DNA of 32,000 nucleotides from Dickeya solani IPO 2222 (GTDB lineage Bacteria; Pseudomonadota; Gammaproteobacteria; Enterobacterales; Enterobacteriaceae): NCBI RefSeq assembly GCF_001644705.1, contig NZ_CP015137.1, positions 3,270,001 to 3,302,000 of the forward strand, read 5' to 3'. Shown piece by piece: positions 25,037 to 32,000 of this stretch (position 1 is its first letter; each line of letters starts with the position of its first letter). The notes under the pieces were generated by a model. It saw only the letters and a program-made list of their open reading frames with translations, ran no database searches and was not told where the DNA came from. The position numbers and the translations under genes were made by a program.

Positions 25037-25567
25037 ATGAGCGCCATTGTAATTGAGGATGCCGGGGCGGAACATATCGCCGCCATCAGGGATATTTATG
25101 CTCACCATGTCCTGCATAGCCTCGCCACCTTTGAAACCGAACCGCCCGATGAGACGGAGATGCGCCAACGCTGGCAGAAAATCCAGGATGCAGGGCTGCC
25201 CTGGCTGGTGGCGACAGAAAACCAACAGGTGCTGGGATACTGTTATCTGGGGTTGTATCGTGCCCGTTTTGCCTACCGTTTTACGCTGGAGGATTCGATT
25301 TATCTGCATCCGGATCATCTGGGAAAAGGCGTCGGCAAGCGTTTGTTATCCGCAGCATTGTTACAGGCGGAACGACAAGGATATCGCCAGGTGGTGTCGG
25401 TTGTCGCTGACAGCGGCAATCAGGCCTCTCTGCAATTACATCTGTCGCTGGGATTTGCGCAGGTAGGGACGTTACGTTCGGTGGGGATGAAGCACGGGTG
25501 CTGGGTGGATACCGCATTGCTGCAACGTGCGCTGGGGGAAGGGGATGCCTCGTTGCCGCCTGTCTGA
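25037..25567 (+). CDS. GNAT N-acetyltransferase, phosphinothricin/methionine-sulfoximine acetyltransferase-like
   Basis: 176 aa. 'IRDIYAHHVLHSLATFETEPP' and 'YLHPDHLGKGVGKRLL' match PAT/MnaT-type GNATs. AAGGA SD 7 nt upstream. Confidence 0.8.
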   Translation: MSAIVIEDAGAEHIAAIRDIYAHHVLHSLATFETEPPDETEMRQRWQKIQDAGLPWLVATENQQVLGYCYLGLYRARFAYRFTLEDSIYLHPDHLGKGVGKRLLSAALLQAERQGYRQVVSVVADSGNQASLQLHLSLGFAQVGTLRSVGMKHGCWVDTALLQRALGEGDASLPPV

Positions 25568-26756
25568 GTCCGCCGGGCGTCGCCGGGTCACCGTCTGCAT
25601 TGGCATGACTCAGCTGATTAACTGGGGAGCGGCGTTCTACCTGCCCGGCGTGTTTTGCGCCGCCATCGCGGCGGATCGCGGCTGGAGCCCGACGCTGGCG
25701 TTTTCCGGCGCCACGCTGGCGCTGGTGGTGATGGGGTGCCTGTCGCCTTACGCCGGCTGGTTGCTCGACCGGGTGGGCGGCCGGCGCGTGATGACGCTGG
25801 GCGCGGCCAGCAGCGCCGCCGGTTGTCTGCTGATGGCCGCCAGCACCGGTATGGCGGACTATTTTATCGCCTGGGTCATGCTGGGCGTCGGGATGCGGCT
25901 GTCGCTGTATGAAGCGGCCTTCGCCACGCTGGTCGCGCTGTATGGCGGCGAGGCCCGGCGCGCCATTTCGTTGGTCACGTTGTTCGGCGGCATTTCATCG
26001 TCCCTGTTCTGGCCGTTGGGCATGACGTTGTTGAACGGATTGGGCTGGCGCTGGGGCGTGGCGATTTACGGCGTGATCATGTTATCGGGCCTGCTGTGGT
26101 TGCGGGCGTTGCCGCAACCGGCGTCGCGGTTGTCGCCCCGTACAGAGGAACAGGCCCAAACCTCGCCGAGCGCGGGAACGCAGGTCGTCCTTCCCGCAGT
26201 GCTGTATGCGTTGCTGATGGCGTTGTTTAGTTTTCTGTCCGCCGGTATTTCTGCGCACCTGCTGGCGATACTGACCGGATTTGGCGTATCGGCTTCACTG
26301 GGCGCGCTGTGGGGCGTGGGGCAGGTGTGCGCCCGGGTGGGCGATGTACTGATGGGAGGGCGTATTCCGGCGTTGAAACTGAGTCTGTTTCTGGGGGCGG
26401 GGTTGCCGGTTTGTTTTCTGCTGGCGTTGTTGGGAGAGCAATCGCTGATAGCCGTGGTGCTGTTTGTCACCGGATACGGTGCGGCGAATGGACTCAGTAC
26501 GCTGGTGAAGGCGGCATTGCCGCTGGAATTGTTCGGCCGGGCGCGTTACTCCTCCCGGATCGGGCTGTTGCTGACGCCGGGGTTCTTTTTTTCCGCCGCG
26601 GCGCCGTCGGTCTATGCGGCACTCAGGATATCGATCGGCGATCGGGGCGTCCTGATGTTTTCTTTCGGCGTAGCCTGTCTGATCACCCTGACCGCGTTGT
26701 TGCTCTATCTGACGCGCCAGCGTGTGGTGCAATCGGTTCCGTTACCCGATGACTGA
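25545..26756 (+). CDS. MFS transporter
   Basis: Hydrophobic throughout, consistent with 12 transmembrane segments. I prefer ATG 25545 (preceded by GGGGGAAGGGG) over the GTG at 25527. Either start overlaps the GNAT 3' end, so the start is uncertain. Confidence 0.8.
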   Translation: MPRCRLSESAGRRRVTVCIGMTQLINWGAAFYLPGVFCAAIAADRGWSPTLAFSGATLALVVMGCLSPYAGWLLDRVGGRRVMTLGAASSAAGCLLMAASTGMADYFIAWVMLGVGMRLSLYEAAFATLVALYGGEARRAISLVTLFGGISSSLFWPLGMTLLNGLGWRWGVAIYGVIMLSGLLWLRALPQPASRLSPRTEEQAQTSPSAGTQVVLPAVLYALLMALFSFLSAGISAHLLAILTGFGVSASLGALWGVGQVCARVGDVLMGGRIPALKLSLFLGAGLPVCFLLALLGEQSLIAVVLFVTGYGAANGLSTLVKAALPLELFGRARYSSRIGLLLTPGFFFSAAAPSVYAALRISIGDRGVLMFSFGVACLITLTALLLYLTRQRVVQSVPLPDD

Positions 26757-26767
26757 TTTCGCGGGCG

Positions 26768-26803
26768 TCCCCGTCAGGGCGTAAACGTTATGCCCTGACG
26801 GGA
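26768..26803. terminator. Stem-loop between convergent transporter genes
   Basis: 13-bp stem TCCCCGTCAGGGC / GCCCTGACGGGGA-type pairing (26768-26780 with 26792-26803, the final bases being GGA) and an 11-nt loop. No strong U-tract. Confidence 0.45.
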
Positions 26804-26812
26804 GCCGTGCGG

Positions 26813-28084
26813 TCAGCGCTGGCGTTGCTGTGCCTGCCATAGCGCCAGCACGCTCAGCAGCGCGGTGATCATCAGGTAATAACTCGGCGCCAGGCTGCTG
26901 CCGGTGGCGCTGATCAGCAACGTACAGATGAACGGTGCAAAACCGCCGAACACCGTCACCGCTACGTTGTAGCTGACCGCCATGCCGCTGGCGCGGGTGG
27001 AGATCGGGAACAGGTCGGCCATCATCGACGGCACGGTGGAGAAATACACCGACTTCAACAGCGCCATCCAGCCTACTACCACAATCAGCGATGCCGCTGA
27101 CAGATACTGGGTCATCAGCCAGAACGCCGGGTAGATGGTGACCGCCAGCAACAGCAACGACCCCCACATTAGCGGTAGCCGACCAACTTTTTCCGCCCAT
27201 AGCCCGACCAGCGGCGTGACCACCGTCAGGATGATGCCGGCGATCAGCGTGGCGCTGAAGGCGACGCCGGGCGGCAGGTGCAGCGTCTTGGTGGCGTAGG
27301 TGGGGACATAGTTCAGCATGTAGTTGATGGCGGTGGAGATCACCATCAGGCCGACCGCAATCAGAAACAGCGCTTTTTGACGGGTAAACAGGGTTTTGAT
27401 CGGCGCCTGGCTTTTCTGCGCCTGTTCGAAACCTGCCGGTTCATGTACGTGGCGGCGGATATACAACCCCACCGGCCCAATCAGCAGGCCGAAGGCGAAT
27501 GGGACACGCCATCCCCATTCCTGAATCTGGGCTTCGCTCAGCGATTGCGATAATCCAAGACCGAACGCCGAGGCCAGCAGGGTGCTGGCGCCCTGGGTGG
27601 CGAACTGCCAACTGGCGATAAATGCGCGGCGCTCAGGGAAGTGTTCCACCAGAAATGCGGTGGAACTACCGAACTCGCCGCCGGCGGAGAAGCCCTGAAT
27701 CAGACGTGCCAGCATAATCAGGAGCGGGGCGGCCAGGCCGATGCTGGCGTAGGTGGGCATAAAGGTAATCATCGCGCCGCCCAGTAGCATCAGGCTGATG
27801 GATAGCAGCAGCGAGGCCTTGCGTCCGGCGCGGTCGGCGTAAGCGCCCAGCACGACGGCGCCCAGCGGCCGGATCAGGAAAGAGACGCCGAAGCTGCCGA
27901 AGGCCAGCAGCAGCGATACCGCCGGATCCTGCGTGGGGAAGAACGCATGGGCGATGTAATTGGCAAAGAAGCCGTATACCGCGATGTCAAACCATTCCAG
28001 CGCGTTGCCGATGCAGGTGGCGAACAGCGTTTTGTACAGGCTGGGGCGCGCCGCCGGGGGGTGAGAAACGGATGTCGTCGTCAT
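26813..28084 (-). CDS. MFS transporter, metabolite:H+ symporter (MHS) family
   Basis: 423 aa. The N-terminal 'GNALEWFDIAVYGFFANYIA' and 'GAYADRAGRK' are MHS signatures. The gene starts 8 nt after the M20 peptidase stop. Confidence 0.9.
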   Translation of the reverse strand: MTTTSVSHPPAARPSLYKTLFATCIGNALEWFDIAVYGFFANYIAHAFFPTQDPAVSLLLAFGSFGVSFLIRPLGAVVLGAYADRAGRKASLLLSISLMLLGGAMITFMPTYASIGLAAPLLIMLARLIQGFSAGGEFGSSTAFLVEHFPERRAFIASWQFATQGASTLLASAFGLGLSQSLSEAQIQEWGWRVPFAFGLLIGPVGLYIRRHVHEPAGFEQAQKSQAPIKTLFTRQKALFLIAVGLMVISTAINYMLNYVPTYATKTLHLPPGVAFSATLIAGIILTVVTPLVGLWAEKVGRLPLMWGSLLLLAVTIYPAFWLMTQYLSAASLIVVVGWMALLKSVYFSTVPSMMADLFPISTRASGMAVSYNVAVTVFGGFAPFICTLLISATGSSLAPSYYLMITALLSVLALWQAQQRQR

Positions 28085-28092
28085 GGGTCACC

Positions 28093-29520
28093 TCAGCAGT
28101 GTGGGTTGGCGGCGCGGTGTGCGCGATGTTGCGTCAGAACGGCGTGGCCCTGTTCCCCCAGTTCCCAGAACAGACGGGTCATGATCTGCAAGCCTTCGCG
28201 GGCAACGCTGACCAGCATGTGCTCATCCACGGCGTGCTGGCCGCAGGCCGGGTACGAGTGCGGGATCCACAGCGTCGGCAGGCCGAGAATCTCGGCAAAC
28301 ACCTCGTTGGGCAACGAGCCGCCGAGGTTGGGCAGCAGCGCCGGCTTTTTATCGCTGGTCTGGCGCATCAGGTCGAGCGTCCAGTTCACCAACGGGTCGG
28401 TTGGGTCGAGACGGGTCGCCGGCGTGCCGCGCACGTCGCTGATCTCCACCATTGTGAAGCCGTGTTCGTCGAGGTGACGGCGCAGATGCTGCGCCAGTTG
28501 CTGCCAGTCGGTGCCGACGACAAAACGCAACTGGCATACCGCGGTGGCGTGACCGGGAATGGCGTTCATCGGCCGTTGCGGGTTGCCGGTCAGGAATGAC
28601 AGCACCTCCAGCGTGTTCCAGCCGAACAGCCGCTCGGACGGGCTCAGCCCCGCTTCGCCCCACAGTGGATCGATGGCCGGATCGGTCGCCTGCCCGCCGG
28701 GCGCGATGTCCGCCAGGATCGTGCGCAGCGCCGGGGTCAGGCTCGGCGGTTTCAGCGCCGCCACCTGCATTTGTCCGTGTTGGTTGACCAGACAGGCGAT
28801 GGCGTTGGCCAGTTGAGTGCCGGGGTTGCTCAGTAGCCCGCCCCAGTTGCCGGAGTGGTAATCCCGCTCGCGGGCGCGAATGGTCAGGCGGAAGTTGACG
28901 CAGCCGCGCGAGCCGAGGAACAGCGTCGGGCGTTCGGCGTTGAGGCGCGGGCCGTCCGAGGCGATGAACAGGTCGGCTTGCAGATCCTGCGCATGTTGGC
29001 GGCACACCTCGGCCAGGCCCGGCGAACTGATCTCTTCGCCCATTTCGAACAGCCACTTGCAGTTAAAACCGAGCCGTCCCTGACGGGCCTGAAACACCTG
29101 CTCCAGCGCCGCAATATTGATCGAGTGCTGGCCTTTGTTGTCGGCGCTGCCGCGACCGTACCAGCGGCCTGCCTGTTCCACCAGTTGCCACGGGGAAAGC
29201 CCTTCGCTCCAGTGCTCGTCGTCGCCGAACACCACATCGCCGTGGCCGTAACACAATACGGTGGGCAATGCGGCGTCTTCGATGCGAGAGGCTACCAAAA
29301 ACGGGCGGTTGGCCGCGGCCGGGTTATCGATTTGTCGTAATTCGAAACCCAGTGCCTGCAGGGCCGGCATGATTTCCTCGCTGAGGTACTGTTGTAATGC
29401 CGCGTCCCGGTCGGTGCGCTGGCTTTCGCTGGCGATAGCGACGCGACGCGCCAGCACGTCCTGGAAGCGGCCGCTGTCGAAATACGCCAGCGCCTGTTGG
29501 ATAACCTGTGGTGTTGTCAT
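28093..29520 (-). CDS. M20-family metallopeptidase / amidohydrolase
   Basis: 475 aa with 'VLCYGHGDVV', 'RGSADNKGQ' and 'FEMGEEISSPG', the M20 metal-ligand and catalytic motifs. Confidence 0.85.
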   Translation of the reverse strand: MTTPQVIQQALAYFDSGRFQDVLARRVAIASESQRTDRDAALQQYLSEEIMPALQALGFELRQIDNPAAANRPFLVASRIEDAALPTVLCYGHGDVVFGDDEHWSEGLSPWQLVEQAGRWYGRGSADNKGQHSINIAALEQVFQARQGRLGFNCKWLFEMGEEISSPGLAEVCRQHAQDLQADLFIASDGPRLNAERPTLFLGSRGCVNFRLTIRARERDYHSGNWGGLLSNPGTQLANAIACLVNQHGQMQVAALKPPSLTPALRTILADIAPGGQATDPAIDPLWGEAGLSPSERLFGWNTLEVLSFLTGNPQRPMNAIPGHATAVCQLRFVVGTDWQQLAQHLRRHLDEHGFTMVEISDVRGTPATRLDPTDPLVNWTLDLMRQTSDKKPALLPNLGGSLPNEVFAEILGLPTLWIPHSYPACGQHAVDEHMLVSVAREGLQIMTRLFWELGEQGHAVLTQHRAHRAANPHC

Positions 29521-29700
29521 GTTGTGCCTGTCTGTCTGTGGTGATGTTTTTATGTCGTGTTTTTTATGCGTATGGCTTATGTCATGTTGTTAACCACGTT
29601 CTAAATCATCGCCAGCATTGCCACAATAATAATAATTGCAAGCAAGCTTTGCTTTTAATATAAAGCTTCATTGCACAAAAACGAGGCAGGCGGAGGGGTG

Positions 29701-30642
29701 ATGCATAGCAATGAAATCCGGTATTTTCTGGCGGTCGCTAATACCGGCTCTCTGAGCGCCGCCAGCCAGCAGCTGTTTGTGGCGGTGTCGGCCATCAGCC
29801 GACAGATCCACAAACTGGAAGAACGCATCGGCGCCCCGCTGTTTGAACGTCACGCCCGGGGCATGGTGTTGACCGACGCCGGGCAAATTCTGGAAAACCA
29901 CGTGCGTAAGAGCATGATGGACATGGAATACGCCATCGCCGAAATCCAGGGGCTGAAAGCGGTGCGGCGGACGTTTGTACGGGTTGCCTGTACTGACGGC
30001 ATGGCGTTTGACCTGTTGCCGGGGCTGTTTGCCCGTTTCCGGCAGGACAACCCGGCCGTGACGTTTTTCCTGCAGGTTGGCACCGCGATACAGGTGTCGG
30101 AAATGGTGCGCAACGGCGAATGCGATGTGGCGTTTCAGTTCAGCCTGTCGCCGGAGCGCGGCGTTGAGGTGATGGCGTCTTACCCGGCGCCGGTGCTGCT
30201 GTTGATGCGGCCGGATCACCCGCTGGCGGACAAAGCTATTCAACTGGCGGACCTGCACGGGTTTCCGCTGGTGCTGCCGCAACAGGGCACCACCATCCGT
30301 CAACTGTTCGATCTTTCCTGCCGGATGAGCGGCACCTTTCTGGAGCCGGCGCTCAGCTGCAACAACTTCTCCGCGCTGTATTATTTCATGCAGCAGACGC
30401 CGGATGCCGTCACCGCCTGCAGCCATTTCTCGGTGCTGTACCGGGCGCGGGAGGACGGTTTGCTGCTCAAGCCGGTGCGTAGCGAACCGCTGACCCAGCG
30501 CAGCCTGCAGGTGCAGATGCAGGCGGGTAAGCATCGCTCTGCCGCGTTAAGCCATTTCATCACCTTTATCATCGGCGAGCTGGATCGTGAGCACGCGCGT
30601 CTGGCGGCGGAGATCGGGCTGGAACCGATAACGTTTCGTTAG
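29701..30642 (+). CDS. LysR-family transcriptional regulator
   Basis: Starts at ATG 29701 (GGAGGGG SD). Helix-turn-helix 'IRYFLAVANTGSLSAASQQLFVAVSAISRQIHKLE'. Divergent from the M20/MHS operon. Confidence 0.9.
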   Translation: MHSNEIRYFLAVANTGSLSAASQQLFVAVSAISRQIHKLEERIGAPLFERHARGMVLTDAGQILENHVRKSMMDMEYAIAEIQGLKAVRRTFVRVACTDGMAFDLLPGLFARFRQDNPAVTFFLQVGTAIQVSEMVRNGECDVAFQFSLSPERGVEVMASYPAPVLLLMRPDHPLADKAIQLADLHGFPLVLPQQGTTIRQLFDLSCRMSGTFLEPALSCNNFSALYYFMQQTPDAVTACSHFSVLYRAREDGLLLKPVRSEPLTQRSLQVQMQAGKHRSAALSHFITFIIGELDREHARLAAEIGLEPITFR

Positions 30643-30655
30643 CCGGTAAACGCGG

Positions 30656-31312
30656 CTAGCGTTGCCAGCGGCAGATGCGCCAGCCTTTCTCCTGCGCCAG
30701 CGCCGCCAGTTCGGGCGCCGGGTTGATGGCGTAAGCCTGATCGACGAATTCCAGCATCGCCCGGTCGTTGAGCGAATCGCTGTAGCCGTGCAACTGGACG
30801 AACGATTCGCTATCGCGCTGGGCCAGCCATTCGCGGATGCGGATCACTTTACCGTGCTGATACGTCGGCACGCCGTGGATGTCGCCGGTGAAACGCCCGT
30901 CTTCCAGCGTGACGCCGATCGCCAGCGCATGATTGGCTCCCAGATGATCGGCGATCGGTTGCACCAGATGCTCGCCGCTGGCGGAAATAACGATCAGGGT
31001 ATCGCCGCGCTGGCGGTGCCAGTCCATCCGCTCGCGCGCCGCCGGGTAAAGCCGGGGCAGGATGTCGCGCCGGATAAAGCGGTCCACCCAGGCGGAAACC
31101 GTTTCGGCGCTCAGTCCAATCAGCGGCGACAGCGAAAGATACATGTAATCTTCGATCGCCAGCGTGCCCTGATAGTAACTCTGCATCAGGCGCTGTTCCT
31201 GCTGTAACAGTTCCTTGCCGGCAAATCCCTGCGACTCCAGCCAGCGCAGCCACAAACCGGTGCTGTCAGCGCAGATCAGGGTTTCGTCCAGATCAAACAG
31301 GGCTAAATCCAT
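30656..31312 (-). CDS. HAD-IB family hydrolase (SerB-like phosphatase fold)
   Basis: I start at ATG 31312 (GGAGGA SD 6 nt upstream); the track extension is high-GC read-through. Motifs 'LALFDLDETL', 'VISASG' and 'YSDSLNDRAML' are present. Confidence 0.8.
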   Translation of the reverse strand: MDLALFDLDETLICADSTGLWLRWLESQGFAGKELLQQEQRLMQSYYQGTLAIEDYMYLSLSPLIGLSAETVSAWVDRFIRRDILPRLYPAARERMDWHRQRGDTLIVISASGEHLVQPIADHLGANHALAIGVTLEDGRFTGDIHGVPTYQHGKVIRIREWLAQRDSESFVQLHGYSDSLNDRAMLEFVDQAYAINPAPELAALAQEKGWRICRWQR

Positions 31313-31421
31313 CGGGGTCCTCCGGAAGTGAAAAACGGTTATCAGGTGCGGCGGGGCGGATGCTGCGTCGGACGCAGAACCGCCACGCTCCAGTATATCG
31401 GCCGATGATGACAGTCGCGCG

Positions 31422-32000
31422 TCAGCGCGGTTGTGTCTGGCCGGACGCCGCCAGAACCTCTCGCATGATGCCGTTCTGCCAGTCAAAGTACGGGTTGAAG
31501 GTCAGGCGCACATGGGTTTTCCCCTCTTCCTGATAACCCCAGTCGGAATACCAGAGCCGGCTGCGATCGCGGCACTGGCTGCCCGTGGGAGACACCGGGC
31601 CGTTGCCGCAGAGTATCACCGAGCCATTGTTGCCATACAACGGATTAGCCGGCGCGAACAGTACCGACATATGCGAGAACTGGCTGATGCGCCATTCCGG
31701 CAGACGATCGGCACGCACGCGTTCCCGGTTGGTCATGGCGCTGTCCGGCTGGCCGTACCAGATCAAACGGCTGGCGGGGTGGGTGAAGTGGGTACGGAAT
31801 AGCTGCCGCAGGTAGGGCGCATCCAGCACCGAGTCGTGTTCGGCCACCACCATCAGCACCGGACGATCGTAATCCTGGCGCCACAGCAGGCGTCGTACCG
31901 CCAGGCTGGAACGATAATACTGGGCTAAACCGTTGGTGGGCACCCGCAGGTAACGGGTCGCCAGCTGTGCGGGCGTGCCGGGACGAGGCGTGCGCAGCCA
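31422..32000 (-). CDS. Alpha/beta-hydrolase-fold protein, 5' end outside the window (partial)
   Basis: The frame stays open from 31943 to the window edge (hand-translated '...WLRTPRPGTPAQLATRYLR'). 'VLMVVAEHDSVLD' and 'FSHMSVLF' resemble the Asp and His regions of the catalytic triad. The family call is tentative. Confidence 0.55.
   Translation of the reverse strand, partial: WLRTPRPGTPAQLATRYLRVPTNGLAQYYRSSLAVRRLLWRQDYDRPVLMVVAEHDSVLDAPYLRQLFRTHFTHPASRLIWYGQPDSAMTNRERVRADRLPEWRISQFSHMSVLFAPANPLYGNNGSVILCGNGPVSPTGSQCRDRSRLWYSDWGYQEEGKTHVRLTFNPYFDWQNGIMREVLAASGQTQPR

Noticed and set aside
1-32000. CRISPR arrays, tRNA/rRNA genes, IS elements and transposase genes
   Set aside because: I looked for regularly spaced direct repeats, cloverleaf-like GC-rich 75-90-nt blocks and terminal inverted repeats, and found none. 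The only regular repeats are the 21-bp coding repeat (14979-15104) and the 15-bp coding repeat in ycaO.

Overview
The window looks like a gammaproteobacterial (Enterobacterales-type) chromosome with mosaic composition; the taxon cannot be confirmed without a search. Single 60-nt lines counted by hand give about 63% GC in the backbone (line 9001) and about 35% in the AT-rich insert (line 6421).

(1) Positions 1-8.4 kb are an AT-rich island coded entirely on the minus strand. It holds a tightly coupled operon headed by a 40-aa ORF (7845..7967) that is too short for the ORF track. The genes that follow are:
- a rhodanese-ThiF/MoeB E1-like enzyme
- a ThiS/MoaD-like carrier ending in Gly-Gly
- a 194-aa unknown protein
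- a DUF692/MNIO (MbnB/TglH-like) enzyme
- a 1005-aa fusion of a possible subtilase-like domain with a NodU/CmcH carbamoyltransferase
- YcaO
- TfuA

I read this as a candidate hybrid RiPP gene cluster with its own sulfur-donor system. It is the most interesting object in the window. Its left end is cut by the window edge.

(2) Positions 13.0-19.1 kb hold an isonitrile-type locus. It contains a PvcA/IsnA-like isocyanide synthase with a C-terminal tail encoded by six 21-bp tandem repeats, a HAD phosphatase, and a fused IsnA-IsnB (isocyanide synthase plus Fe/2OG dioxygenase) protein. MFS transporters flank the locus, and about 930 bp of AT-rich non-coding DNA lies upstream.

(3) Positions 19.9-22.9 kb hold a SiaABCD-like partner-switch and diguanylate cyclase operon whose phosphatase carries a cytoplasmic CBS sensor.

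The rest is ordinary: LysR-regulated catabolic and transport modules (DSD1-like PLP enzyme plus ornithine cyclodeaminase-like; GNAT plus MFS; M20 peptidase plus MHS transporter), yjdM/phnA, a HAD-IB hydrolase and a truncated alpha/beta-hydrolase. I saw no tRNA, rRNA, CRISPR array or intact IS/transposase.
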